In this document: one piece after another, positions 1 to 9,998 of the stretch
How positions within the stretch are numbered: position 1 is the stretch's first letter
Layout of the letters: every line of letters begins with the position of its first letter
Assembly (NCBI GenBank): GCA_016181005.1
Contig: JACPAE010000004.1
Location: 5,078-69,077, forward strand
Length of the DNA: 64,000 bases
Reading direction: 5' to 3'
Source of the DNA: Candidatus Aenigmatarchaeota archaeon
Lineage (GTDB): Archaea > Aenigmatarchaeota > Aenigmatarchaeia > CG10238-14 > SCSR01
Translations under genes and position numbers: made by a program
The notes under the pieces: generated by a model
What the model saw: only the letters and a program-made list of their open reading frames with translations
What the model was told of the DNA's origin: nothing
Database searches by the model: none

Positions 1-1475
1 TGGAAAAGGCAACAGACATGCTGGATGAGAAAAGGGTGGAGGAGCAGAAGATGCTTCAGCAATTCTCCAAGATGGGCGCCGATGCAGAGTTTTACAGGAA
101 GGAAGTGAAAAGACTAAACGACGAAATTGTTAAATCGTCCAAGATGCTGAAGGAAACGGAAGATTTGAAGAAAGAGGTTGGCAAGCGCCCGGAAAAGGAG
201 ACGGACAAGAAAAAGCGTTTGATTGGAGACTATGTGGGCAAGCTTGAATCCGTGAGGATAAGGATAAACGACCTTAAGGACGTCATCGAGCAGCTAAACT
301 CGATAAAGGCCAAGTGCCCGATTTGCGAATCCAAGCTGACAGAAGAAAAGAAAATAGTTCTGGTGAAGCAGAAGCAGAGGCAGATTGACGACTTGAAGGA
401 AGAGTTCCGCGAGGCTCTTAGGCAGAAGGAGATAAGCGAGAAGGACTTGCAGAGGCTTGAGCAGCAGATTGACAGGTTGGACGAGCTGTTGGTTGCGGTG
501 AAGGATCATGACAAGATGAAGCGCGAGCTTGATAGCCAGCAGTCGGTGCTGAAAGTTCTGCTGGAGAACACGCAGAAGCAGGAGAATGTTTTGAAGGAAA
601 CAACAAAATCTCTGCAGGAGTTGCAGAAAAAGGTATCGGAGGCTCAGACCGAGAAGCAGAGACTTGGACTCATGTCGCACTATCTCATGGAATACGAAAC
701 AAGCAAAGGCCGCATTAACGGTATGATGCGGCAAAGAGACACCCTAGTCTCGCATCTTCAAGAGGTCGAATCGGTTTTCTCCGACAAGGATTTGCAGAAC
801 ATGGAGAATAACTTCAGAATTCTCATAGGCAAGGAAAAAGAGCTGATGGCAAAGAAGGATGCTCTGGATAATTTGATTGATGAAAGGCAGGGAAGGCTGG
901 TAGAACTTGAACGTCTTTTGTCGAATGCTAAGAAGGAGAAGGACGAGATAAGGAAGTTGGATGATGTAATAATTCAGCTTAAAATTTTTGAGAAGGCCCT
1001 ATCCCTTACTCAGATTCAGCTGAGGCAGGAGTTCATAACAGCGGTCAATTATTCGATGAACGAGATTTGGAAAACACTCTATCCTTATAGGGACTTTCCT
1101 GATATACGTTTGAATGTCGATGAGGGAGATTATGTTCTGCAGTTGCAGACTCTTGGCAACGAGTGGGTAAATGCCGACGGAATTGTTTCAGGAGGCGAAA
1201 GGTCTTTGGCCGCGCTTGCATTAAGGATATCCTTCTCGCTTGTGCTTGCACCGCAATTAAGGTGGTTGTTTTTGGACGAGCCTACTGCGAACTTGGATTC
1301 GGAGGCTATCAGAGTTTTGTCTGACACTCTCAGGGAAAGGATTGGCGAGTTTGTCGACCAGACGTTCCTAATCACTCACACTCCTGACTTGGAGGGGGCT
1401 GTAACAGGTTTTGCATACAAGCTTGAAAGGAACAAGTCAACAGACGCTTATACAGAAATCAGTCAACTAAATTGA
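1..1475 (+). CDS. rad50: Rad50 double-strand-break repair ATPase, C-terminal half (5' end lies outside the window)
   Basis: The frame is open from nt 3. Long heptad-rich coiled coil. Zinc hook KAKCPICESKL. ABC signature SGGERSLAALALRISF, Walker B LFLDEPTANLD, H-loop ITHTPD. Confidence 0.85.
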   Translation, partial: EKATDMLDEKRVEEQKMLQQFSKMGADAEFYRKEVKRLNDEIVKSSKMLKETEDLKKEVGKRPEKETDKKKRLIGDYVGKLESVRIRINDLKDVIEQLNSIKAKCPICESKLTEEKKIVLVKQKQRQIDDLKEEFREALRQKEISEKDLQRLEQQIDRLDELLVAVKDHDKMKRELDSQQSVLKVLLENTQKQENVLKETTKSLQELQKKVSEAQTEKQRLGLMSHYLMEYETSKGRINGMMRQRDTLVSHLQEVESVFSDKDLQNMENNFRILIGKEKELMAKKDALDNLIDERQGRLVELERLLSNAKKEKDEIRKLDDVIIQLKIFEKALSLTQIQLRQEFITAVNYSMNEIWKTLYPYRDFPDIRLNVDEGDYVLQLQTLGNEWVNADGIVSGGERSLAALALRISFSLVLAPQLRWLFLDEPTANLDSEAIRVLSDTLRERIGEFVDQTFLITHTPDLEGAVTGFAYKLERNKSTDAYTEISQLN

Positions 1476-1509
1476 TGGATTTTATTACACACCAAAATAA
1501 GTTTAATAT

Positions 1510-1908
1510 ATGAAATCTCAGGTAGCATTAGAATACCTATTTGTTATTGGACTAGTCACCATGATAATTTTGCCAATTTTCTATTTCTCTACAACTAATT
1601 CTTTGGATTCTGTCAGAGTTTCTCAGGCACAAGACACCGTAGATGCTTTAGCAAAGGCGTCCGACTACGTTTATTCATTGGGGGTAGGTTCTTCAGAAAA
1701 AATATCAATAATCATTCCCGACGGCGTTCTTGAAAGTTCTGTCCAAAACAAAACAATTCTACTTCGACTGCAACTTTCTTCTGGAGTCTCCGACATGAAG
1801 GCTGTAACTAAAGCAAATGTCACGGGAAGCGTACCAAATGCTACTGGGACTTATAATGTGATTGTAAACATGACAGGCAGCTATGTAGAAATTCGAGGGA
1901 GCGGCTAA
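1510..1908 (+). CDS. Prepilin-like protein with class III (archaeal type IV pilin) signal peptide
   Basis: N-terminus MKSQVALEYLFVIGLVTMIILPIF: short charged leader, Q, then a hydrophobic helix. First gene of a tightly packed pilin operon. Confidence 0.6.
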   Translation: MKSQVALEYLFVIGLVTMIILPIFYFSTTNSLDSVRVSQAQDTVDALAKASDYVYSLGVGSSEKISIIIPDGVLESSVQNKTILLRLQLSSGVSDMKAVTKANVTGSVPNATGTYNVIVNMTGSYVEIRGSG

Positions 1909-2318
1909 TGAAAGGTCAAGTAGGTCTTGAAGCAATCTTTATTATCAGCTTCTTAACTATATTTCTTATTTTTTCACTCGTTTTTAATTTGTCAAAGGGC
2001 TCTGAGGTTGATTTTACAAAGACGTATTTGGGAGTTCAGAAAGTTTGTTATGAAATAAAAAGTAATTTTAATCACGTATCATCTAACGGTTTTGGCAGCG
2101 CCGTTAAATTTACTATACCAAATAAAATTGAGTCGAAAGAGTATAATTTAATCGTCGATTCTGATAACAAAATACTAACTTTCGATTGGGAAAACAGCTC
2201 TTATTCTTGCACATTTTTCTCAATTGTAACTAACGGTTCATATAGCAAATTCAATCTCACTAAGGGTGACAAAATCTTCAAAAATATTTTTGGGGTTGTT
2301 GTAATTGCAAATGCATAA
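1908..2318 (+). CDS. Prepilin-like protein, class III signal peptide
   Basis: MKGQVGLEAIFIISFLTIFLIF (KG/Q cleavage-type motif). Its start overlaps the upstream stop (TAATG). Confidence 0.6.
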   Translation: MKGQVGLEAIFIISFLTIFLIFSLVFNLSKGSEVDFTKTYLGVQKVCYEIKSNFNHVSSNGFGSAVKFTIPNKIESKEYNLIVDSDNKILTFDWENSSYSCTFFSIVTNGSYSKFNLTKGDKIFKNIFGVVVIANA

Positions 2319-2808
2319 AGGCCAGATTATATCAATGGAATTTTCGCTTGTATTCATCGTTTTGATCATCCTTTTCATTTTCGGCATTTCTTTGTGGAAT
2401 CTAAGCAGTTCGAGGCTCAGCGAGCATTTGATCAAAAACGAACTGTTTATTGGCACTGTCGATATATCAGATCAGCTTTTGCGGTCACAAGGGAATCCTA
2501 CAGATTGGGAGTCGAATGTAACAAAACTGGTATCATTGGGGATTGTCTCAACAGCAAACAAATTGGATGTCAAAAAAGTCACCGCTCTACAAAATGTCAG
2601 TTACAATAGAACGAAAGATTCTTTAGGCATCAAAACCCATGAAATCTACATTAAAATTACCGATTTGTCAGGAAATATCGTTCAGCTGAATGGGACAAAT
2701 TCTGAAGTGGGATTGAAACCTATTGCAGGTTCCAACACCATAAATTTTCAGCGAACTGCACTGCTTGATGGCGGCTTGGTTTATGTCAATGTGGTTGTAT
2801 GGAAATGA
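2305..2808 (+). CDS. Prepilin-like protein, class III signal peptide
   Basis: MQMHKGQIISMEFSLVFIVLIILFIF. Overlaps the neighbouring genes, consistent with operon coupling. Confidence 0.55.
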   Translation: MQMHKGQIISMEFSLVFIVLIILFIFGISLWNLSSSRLSEHLIKNELFIGTVDISDQLLRSQGNPTDWESNVTKLVSLGIVSTANKLDVKKVTALQNVSYNRTKDSLGIKTHEIYIKITDLSGNIVQLNGTNSEVGLKPIAGSNTINFQRTALLDGGLVYVNVVVWK

Positions 2809-3242
2809 GAAAAGGTTTTGCATTCAGTATCGACGCTTTGCTTGCGGTTGTAGTGGCAATAATTCTGATAGCGGGAATTTTTACTAATATATCGCGAGAC
2901 AAAAACAAAGTTGAGAACGCTTATTTGCAAAAAGTTGCTAATGATATTTTAGTCACTTTAAATAAAAATAAAACTCTTGATACTTTGAATAAAACCTTAA
3001 TCGAAAATATTTTGAACGAAGTTACTCCTGCCGCCATAGATTATACACTTAACATAACTGTTTACGAATGCCAAGACCAAGACTGCAGAAGTTTTGTAAC
3101 GGTTGATGGAAATAGCATCTACATATCCAGCTCTACGTTGGCTGGAAGCGATTCTGTTACTGCCAAAAGGGTGTTTCTAACTTTCCAAGACAGCCGCATA
3201 AAATATTTCAACACAGCTGAGCTGAAGGTATGGTCGACATGA
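2799..3242 (+). CDS. Prepilin-like protein, class III signal peptide
   Basis: MEMRKGFAFSIDALLAVVVAIILIAGIF. Overlaps both neighbours. Confidence 0.55.
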   Translation: MEMRKGFAFSIDALLAVVVAIILIAGIFTNISRDKNKVENAYLQKVANDILVTLNKNKTLDTLNKTLIENILNEVTPAAIDYTLNITVYECQDQDCRSFVTVDGNSIYISSSTLAGSDSVTAKRVFLTFQDSRIKYFNTAELKVWST

Positions 3243-4150
3243 AAGCCTTCTCGTCTACGTTATCGGTTCTGTTGTTCTTCATAGTAATTTTCTCTTTAAG
3301 TTCTGTACTTTCGTCAAAAGCTATAGATAGCCTTGATATAGTGATTAGAAACTCGATTTTAGATAAGGTATACCACGCATATATTTCAATCGAGTATGGC
3401 GTAGAAAGAATTCTGGAAGAGGAATCAAGCTATGGCGGAGTGAAAATAAACATTCAGGAAGGCAGTGCCTTTAATTACGTAATCCTAAACGAAACCATTC
3501 CCACCGAAGATAGCAGCGGCTTCAAAATAGATATGGACCGATTCAAAAATTTCACACAGTCCAAGCTGAACGAAACAACATTAGCTATTGACTTGAATTT
3601 TACCGAGTTAGAAAAGTGTTTGCCTTTAACCATTTCGCCATATAACATTTCCTATACCCATCCGGATAGGCCTGCAGGCGGCGCCAAATGTTTGCCAAAT
3701 CAACAAGAAGAGATACAAATAATCCCGAATGGCAGCTGGATTTATATCAACGGCTATACAATTGTGATGAAAGTCAATTCCAGCATAGGTGAAGCAGGCG
3801 GCTCAAGAAATTCCGCCAACTGCAGAAAAGACGCAACGTTAATCTGGAACATAACCATTATAGGCAATAACACCGTATACAATGAAGTGGATAAAATTAA
3901 GCCTACTGAAAACTGCGTTTTTAATATAAAAGACCTGTTAGATAACAAAATTCTAGATATACGAAATGACGCGACTAGTGTGCTAAGTGTTCTTGTCCAA
4001 CCCGGCTTTAAAGTGGACTCTTCCATAGCATTGAATCTAACAGACATTCCTGGCAAAATATGGATAGGCCTCCCACCCCAAGCAATAAAGGTAAAGGAAA
4101 CCTTATATCAAATTGAGAAAAACGATACAATCTATATATATGGAGAATAG
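3230..4150 (+). CDS. Large pilin-like or pilus-associated secreted protein
   Basis: MVDMKAFSSTLSVLLFFIVIFSL hydrophobic N-terminus. 306 aa with several N-x-S/T sequons. Lies in the same operon. Confidence 0.5.
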   Translation: MVDMKAFSSTLSVLLFFIVIFSLSSVLSSKAIDSLDIVIRNSILDKVYHAYISIEYGVERILEEESSYGGVKINIQEGSAFNYVILNETIPTEDSSGFKIDMDRFKNFTQSKLNETTLAIDLNFTELEKCLPLTISPYNISYTHPDRPAGGAKCLPNQQEEIQIIPNGSWIYINGYTIVMKVNSSIGEAGGSRNSANCRKDATLIWNITIIGNNTVYNEVDKIKPTENCVFNIKDLLDNKILDIRNDATSVLSVLVQPGFKVDSSIALNLTDIPGKIWIGLPPQAIKVKETLYQIEKNDTIYIYGE

Positions 4151-4153
4151 GAA

Positions 4154-5794
4154 ATGGCTACAATATTCGAATACATTATAGACTTCCTTTTAGGAAGGCT
4201 AGACAAACGCAGAAGGCGGAGGCGTGCAATCAAGAAAATCAAAAAAGTTCATGTTAGTGCCACAAGAAAAGCAAAAAGGTTGAAAATTAAAAAAAGGCGG
4301 CATAAAAGAAAAATTCGATTTAGAGGACATAGAAAAGTGGCTAAGAGGCCGACTGAAATTATTAAAAAGCTGGAGAAGGTGCCTAAACTTCAAAGGAAGG
4401 CAGGCGTCCGACCTAAGGGAGTAACTGTAGTAAAACCAAAGAGGAAAATACGTAGACCAAAACGAATAAATGTGAAAGAACTGGCGGCAGCATTTAATCT
4501 TTCAACAGCAACACTTCAGGAAATTTACAACAAAGTGAAAGAGATTGAGGCTAATGCTTCCAAAGGATCTGCTACAGATAATGTAGAAGATTTGAAAAAA
4601 TCAGTGCAAGATTTGGAAGAGAAGGCAGCAACTAGCGGCGCAACTGTAGTACCTGAGATTTTAGATTTGATTAATTATACGAAACAAAAAATCCAAGACT
4701 TGGAAGCTGGTGCAGCAATCCCTGCACCTACAGACTCGATAACAGAAGCAAAGAATCAGATAGAAGAGCTGGAACGCGAGAAAAAGCATTTACAGCAGTC
4801 ACAAAAAGTAATTGAAGAGAAGTATTATCGAAGAGAACTTGACGAGGTTTCGTTTAAAAAAATCATGGACGATTATGAGTCTAGATTAGTTGAGATTGGT
4901 GTCAAGTTAAAAACCTGGAAGCAGGAATTGGCAAAATTGGAAGAAGAAGCAAAGATGCCAGAAGAAAAAGGAAAACTGCCCAAAATTCTAAAGCCTGTAA
5001 TGTTAAAGGGTAAAAAGAAAGAACGATCTAAAGCCTTAGGAATTAAACTACCTAAATTCAAGCCTTCTGCAATCCCTGCACCTCTGCCTGAAAAGATAGA
5101 CCTCAAGAAAATCTGGGAAGCAAAAATTCCTAAAGAAGTCATTAAAGAAGTTATTTGTGCCGATTTGATGACGAAAGGTGTCTACACAGTGCGGCCCAAT
5201 GATACCTTGAATTATGTTATTCGAGTGTTCGCCGACAAAAAAATCAGTGGGACACCTGTCATGAATGGAAATAATTTGGTTGGTGTAATAGCAGAGTCTG
5301 ATATACTGAAGTTCATAGGAAGTAAAGAGTTGCTGTCGCGTGGTAGTTCAAGGCTGAAGACGTTAAGTGAGATGAAAGTCGAAGATGTAATGCATAAAAA
5401 CCCTGTTTTTGTTTACGAGTATACAAAATTGTCAGAGGCCACCGACTTGATTAATGAACATGATATAACTCGATTGCCTGTCTTAAATGAAAAACGGCAT
5501 TTGGTAGGAATTTTGACAAAAAGCGATATCATGCGTGGCGTTTCCAAAGAGCTTCTATTCAAAATACTTGAAAAACGTGAGCTTGAAAGAATACTTAAGG
5601 TTGAGACTGACATCGATGAAATTTTGAAGATTGTGGAAAGAAAAGGTTCTATCGGAGTCTCTGAGATTAAAAAAAGGTTAATATTACCCGAAGATAAAAT
5701 AGAAGAATGGGGGAAAGTTCTGGAAAAGCATAACCTACTTGAGATGTTTTATCCACCACTCGGAAAGCCAGAATTCAGGAAGAAGATAAAATGA
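4154..5794 (+). CDS. Poly-basic / coiled-coil / tandem CBS-domain protein with a winged-helix-like C-terminus
   Basis: Residues 17-109 are 46/93 K or R (RRRRRRAIKKIKK...). A central coiled coil follows (EELEREKKHLQQSQK...). Two CBS-like repeats are present (VYTVRPNDTL...GTPVMNGNNLVGVIAESDI and VFVYEYTKLSEATDLINEHDITRLPVLNEKRHLVGILTKSDI). The stop overlaps the ATPase start (ATGA at 5791-5794). Confidence 0.7.
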   Translation: MATIFEYIIDFLLGRLDKRRRRRRAIKKIKKVHVSATRKAKRLKIKKRRHKRKIRFRGHRKVAKRPTEIIKKLEKVPKLQRKAGVRPKGVTVVKPKRKIRRPKRINVKELAAAFNLSTATLQEIYNKVKEIEANASKGSATDNVEDLKKSVQDLEEKAATSGATVVPEILDLINYTKQKIQDLEAGAAIPAPTDSITEAKNQIEELEREKKHLQQSQKVIEEKYYRRELDEVSFKKIMDDYESRLVEIGVKLKTWKQELAKLEEEAKMPEEKGKLPKILKPVMLKGKKKERSKALGIKLPKFKPSAIPAPLPEKIDLKKIWEAKIPKEVIKEVICADLMTKGVYTVRPNDTLNYVIRVFADKKISGTPVMNGNNLVGVIAESDILKFIGSKELLSRGSSRLKTLSEMKVEDVMHKNPVFVYEYTKLSEATDLINEHDITRLPVLNEKRHLVGILTKSDIMRGVSKELLFKILEKRELERILKVETDIDEILKIVERKGSIGVSEIKKRLILPEDKIEEWGKVLEKHNLLEMFYPPLGKPEFRKKIK

Positions 5795-7323
5795 AAGACA
5801 GCACTATTTTAGCCCATTATTATGTGGATGCACACAAAGTCAAGGGAGAGGTGAGCATCGAAAGGACGTCTAAAGAATTTGTTCCCTTGTATGTTCTCAA
5901 GGTTCCAGAGGTTCAACCTGCTACGTTAGCATTGATGGATCAGATAAGAGAGAAAATTTTAAGCGAAGTCGCAATAAAAACAACAGAATTGCTGGAGCCT
6001 AAAGCTTTCGAAGACTTGAAAATAAAATTTTTCGACCGCTCCTACGACCTATTGAGAAGAGAATTATCAAATGAGCGCGAAGAAATCTGGGAATTTTTGG
6101 CCGGCACGTTAGTTCATGAAATGCTAGGCTTGGGAAAAATAGAACTTTTGTTGGCCGACGGTGATTTGGAAGACATAGTTGTAAACAATGCGGAAGAACC
6201 GTTGTGGGTTTACCATAAAAAGTACGGCTGGCTCAAAACAAACGTCTCCATTCAGTCAGAAGCTCAAATACAAAACTATTCCGCAATGATCGGGCGAAGA
6301 TCAGGGAGGCAGATTACAACTCTTAATCCCTTGATGGATGCACACATGACAACAGGAGACAGGGTTAATGCAACACTTTTTCCTATCAGCACATTTGGCA
6401 ACACAATTAGCATAAGAAAGTTCAGGAGGAAACCATGGGTTATCACAGATGTTCTGGAAAACAAGACCGTAACTTTGGATATTGCAGCTTTGTTGTGGTT
6501 GGCGATTCAATACGAAACTAATATCATTTTTTCTGGTGGAACAGCAACCGGCAAGACTTCTTTCCTAAATGTCTTAATGCCTTTCATTCCACCTAATCAA
6601 AGAATTATAAGTATAGAAGACACGCGAGAAATACAGTTGCCGAAATTTCTACATTGGGTCCCGTTGACAACAAGAGAGGTAAATCCAGAAGGCAAGGGTG
6701 GTGTTTCAATGCTAGATCTTCTTGTGAACAGCTTGAGGATGAGGCCGGACAGGATAATCGTAGGCGAGATAAGAAGAGGAGAGCAGGCAGAAGTTTTGTT
6801 CGAAGCAATGCATACAGGCCACAGTGTCTATGCAACACTGCACGCAGACACGGCAGAACAAACTTACAGAAGGTTGGTAAACCCACCAATTGATGTTCCC
6901 GAATCTTTAATGGAAGCACTTCATCTGATCGCAGTCTCTTTTAGAGACAGGAGGAAAGGATTAAGAAGAATCTTCCAGCTTGCAGAGATTGTACCAGCTT
7001 TCAAAGGCGAGGAATTCAAGCCATTTATCAACGTTCTTTACAGATGGAATCCTGTTAAAGACAATATGTTGAAAGTGAAGCAAAGCATTAGAATTCTGGA
7101 CGAGTTGAAATTGCATACAGGCATGACTGATCACGAATTCAAGCGTGATTTGCGTGAAAAGACAGATATCTTGAAATGGATGTTAAACAAAAACATCAGG
7201 ACTGTTGACGGTATAGGCAAAGTTGTCGTTGAATACTATTTTGACCCCGATAGAGTTCTTAAAGTTGTTAAGAAGAATGAAAATCCAAGTGTCCTAGTTC
7301 CGCCATCCTTGCTCAAGGTGTAG
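5791..7323 (+). CDS. Type II/IV secretion-family ATPase (FlaI/PilB/TadA-like pilus assembly ATPase)
   Basis: Walker A GGTATGKTS, Walker B RPDRIIVGEIR, His box GHSVYATLHA. Confidence 0.85.
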   Translation: MKDSTILAHYYVDAHKVKGEVSIERTSKEFVPLYVLKVPEVQPATLALMDQIREKILSEVAIKTTELLEPKAFEDLKIKFFDRSYDLLRRELSNEREEIWEFLAGTLVHEMLGLGKIELLLADGDLEDIVVNNAEEPLWVYHKKYGWLKTNVSIQSEAQIQNYSAMIGRRSGRQITTLNPLMDAHMTTGDRVNATLFPISTFGNTISIRKFRRKPWVITDVLENKTVTLDIAALLWLAIQYETNIIFSGGTATGKTSFLNVLMPFIPPNQRIISIEDTREIQLPKFLHWVPLTTREVNPEGKGGVSMLDLLVNSLRMRPDRIIVGEIRRGEQAEVLFEAMHTGHSVYATLHADTAEQTYRRLVNPPIDVPESLMEALHLIAVSFRDRRKGLRRIFQLAEIVPAFKGEEFKPFINVLYRWNPVKDNMLKVKQSIRILDELKLHTGMTDHEFKRDLREKTDILKWMLNKNIRTVDGIGKVVVEYYFDPDRVLKVVKKNENPSVLVPPSLLKV

Positions 7324-7326
7324 TTA

Positions 7327-8229
7327 ATGCCGTTTACTCGAGTGCCGATAGTACCCTTTCCTTTAAACAAAGCATTGACCTATGCGAGGAATTTTGGTAT
7401 GATTGGTCTAGGAAGCAGACTTTCAAACTTCTTCCCACAACTATCACTTTATCTTTACCAATCAGAATCTTATCTGGACAAGGATGAATACACAACTATA
7501 GCCCTCTTAACTGGAATTTTCTGGTTATTATTATTTTTTTCATTCGGCATATTACTTTCATTTGTTGCACAAGTCCCAAGTAATTTTCTTTTCATAGTCT
7601 CGTCATCATCAATAGCTCTAGGATTATTATCTTTCTTTTATGTAATCTTTTACCCTAAAGTGCTTGTCACCAGAAAAGTTAGGGAATTGGAAAAGAATTT
7701 ACTGTTTGCATTGCGGCATTTGCTGATTCAAACAAAGTCAGGCATACCTCTTTTTGATGCCATAGCATCAGTTGCCAAGTCGAATTACGGCTTGGTGTCG
7801 CATGAATTCAACGAAGTTGTTAGAAAAATAAGCACCGGCACTAGTGACGTTGATTCATTGGAAGAACTGTCTTTAAAGAGTCCTTCCTTATATTTCAGAA
7901 GAGCTCTCTGGCAGATATCAAATACCATTAGGGCGGGTGCAGACATTTCCACTACGCTAGAGAACATTGTTGTAAATCTAGCAAACGAACAGAGAATTCT
8001 TGTAAGAAAATACGGCTCCCAGCTTAATCCATTAGCTTTCATTTACATGATGTTCGGCGTTATCATACCGAGTTTGGGCATAGCCCTCCTGATAACCCTT
8101 TCTTCATTTACAGGGCTACCGATAAAGCAATTTTACTTTTGGATTATTCTTGCACTTTTGATTTTATTCAAATTCAACTTTTTGGGCATTGTGAAAAGCA
8201 GAAGACCGTCGGTGGAAGTTTATGTATAG
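7327..8229 (+). CDS. TadB/TadC/FlaJ-like (T2SS-F domain) polytopic membrane protein, first of two
   Basis: Multiple TM helices flank a cytoplasmic T2SSF-like domain (LRHLLIQTKSGIPLFDAIASVA...). Confidence 0.7.
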   Translation: MPFTRVPIVPFPLNKALTYARNFGMIGLGSRLSNFFPQLSLYLYQSESYLDKDEYTTIALLTGIFWLLLFFSFGILLSFVAQVPSNFLFIVSSSSIALGLLSFFYVIFYPKVLVTRKVRELEKNLLFALRHLLIQTKSGIPLFDAIASVAKSNYGLVSHEFNEVVRKISTGTSDVDSLEELSLKSPSLYFRRALWQISNTIRAGADISTTLENIVVNLANEQRILVRKYGSQLNPLAFIYMMFGVIIPSLGIALLITLSSFTGLPIKQFYFWIILALLILFKFNFLGIVKSRRPSVEVYV

Positions 8230-9205
8230 ATTCCTTTATGCAATAAGTCCAGTAAGGTACAGAAAATGGGTTGAAAAGCATATCGACTACTGCGATTTCA
8301 CCGTCTCTCCAATCCGATTAATAGGATTCCTTATACTGTTCGGTATAGTAGCAAGCTTTGCAGTTAGTTTTCTTTTGTTTTCGTTAAAGCTGTTAACATT
8401 CCAGGCCTTTCTTTTGGCATGGGCTATTGGTTTTGCTGGGTTTGAAGTTCTAGGACATTTAATGCTGATTTTTATTGCAGACAGCAGATCTAATTTCGTC
8501 GAACAAATCTTGCCCGATGCCCTTCAAATAATTTCGTCTAATATGCGTTCTGGTCTGACACCGGATAAAGCAATTCTAACATCTGCGCGTCCGGAGTTCG
8601 GGCCTTTGGAAAAGGAATTGAGAAAAGCGGCAGAAGAGGCTTTGTCAGGAAAATCTTTCGAGGAGGCGCTTAGTGGCATATCGACTAAGATTAAATCAAA
8701 AATTTTGGACAAAACAGTCAGCCTAATTATAGAAGGACTGATTAAAGGGGGCAGCATAACTTCTTTGCTGGATAGCGTTGCAGATGACATAAGGCAGGCG
8801 AGAATATTGCGTGACGAGATAAGATCTTATGTAATGATGTACGGAATTTTCATTTTCTTTGCAGTTGGCATAGGCGCGCCTCTGCTTTACTCTGTATCGA
8901 CCTACCTAGTTCAAACAATGGCAAAACTTGGGGGGGCTGTCGATTTGCAAACGTTGGTAACCAATAGTGCAATACCGCTTTTAAGGTTCAAGCCAGCCGA
9001 GATATCTACAGACTTTCTAAGAATGTATTCGTATATCTCCATCTTCATCACAGCTCTTTTCGGAAGCATGCTCATAGGCCTTATACAGGATGGTTCGGAG
9101 AAAAATGGGCTGAAGCTCTTCCCGGTACTTCTTGGTATAGGGTTAGCAGTTTTCATCCTCTCGCAGATAGCATTAAAAGCTATTTTCGGCACGATAATAG
9201 CATAG
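8222..9205 (+). CDS. TadB/TadC/FlaJ-like (T2SS-F domain) polytopic membrane protein, second of two
   Basis: T2SSF-like domain (LQIISSNMRSGLTPDKAILTSA...SFEEAL) between TM segments. Overlaps the upstream gene by 8 nt. Confidence 0.7.
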   Translation: MYRFLYAISPVRYRKWVEKHIDYCDFTVSPIRLIGFLILFGIVASFAVSFLLFSLKLLTFQAFLLAWAIGFAGFEVLGHLMLIFIADSRSNFVEQILPDALQIISSNMRSGLTPDKAILTSARPEFGPLEKELRKAAEEALSGKSFEEALSGISTKIKSKILDKTVSLIIEGLIKGGSITSLLDSVADDIRQARILRDEIRSYVMMYGIFIFFAVGIGAPLLYSVSTYLVQTMAKLGGAVDLQTLVTNSAIPLLRFKPAEISTDFLRMYSYISIFITALFGSMLIGLIQDGSEKNGLKLFPVLLGIGLAVFILSQIALKAIFGTIIA

Positions 9206-9206
9206 A

Positions 9207-9911
9207 CTAGAGCTTTGTCACTTCTATACCATTTTTAGTTATCTTGTAAGGATGGATGAAATGAGAGTGCTCGCTCCGTCTCATCTTCGTAACCGTCATA
9301 ATTCTTCTAAACTCGTCCCTCACATACATTGTATCCAGCTTTATAACCATGTCGCCTACAAAATCTATAAACTCACTCCTCTCGCCTTTCTCCGGTATTT
9401 CTGCTGTCAAAAGGGAAGTTACGCCACGGTCCTTGAAGCCGTCGAACAACGCCACCAGCTCACTTCTTATTTGGAACTTGTCTTCAAACATCATGTCTAT
9501 TATAGAAACAGAGTCTATCACAAGTCGTTTGGCCTTTGTACTGTCTATCATTTCAATCACCTTTTTCGACAGCTCTGGCATGGACATTGTCAGAACCTTC
9601 TTCTTCTCTAGAGGATGGAAAACCCTCTTTATTCTCAGTGGCCAGAAGGTTAGCATCTTTTTCTTTTCCAACTCTTCCAAATCCCATCCGAGTGTATCCT
9701 TTACGTCATATTTTATGTCTTCTGCCCTTTGCTCCAAAGTTATGTAGACTCCTGGCTCTTTGTATTTGGCGGCTCCTGTGTAGAGGAATTGACTGCAAAA
9801 TAGAGTTTTACCTGTACCGGGATGGCCTCCTATTATAGTAACGGATGACGGCACTAGGCCGCCTTCTACCATATCGTCAAAACCCTTGATTCCAGTTGGA
9901 ACCCTTTCCAT
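9207..9911 (-). CDS. Single-domain KaiC/RecA-superfamily ATPase (FlaH/RadB-like)
   Basis: RVPTGIKGFDDMVEGGLVPSSVTIIGGHPGTGKTLF (Walker A), Walker B RLVIDSVS. 234 aa. Confidence 0.75.
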   Translation of the reverse strand: MERVPTGIKGFDDMVEGGLVPSSVTIIGGHPGTGKTLFCSQFLYTGAAKYKEPGVYITLEQRAEDIKYDVKDTLGWDLEELEKKKMLTFWPLRIKRVFHPLEKKKVLTMSMPELSKKVIEMIDSTKAKRLVIDSVSIIDMMFEDKFQIRSELVALFDGFKDRGVTSLLTAEIPEKGERSEFIDFVGDMVIKLDTMYVRDEFRRIMTVTKMRRSEHSHFIHPYKITKNGIEVTKL

Positions 9912-9998
9912 TAATTAAAGTTGAATTTTCTTTTTATTAAGGTTTAATTCTGCATAAGGTTTAAAAGGGAGTAAACACAATTAATCTTAACGAATTAT

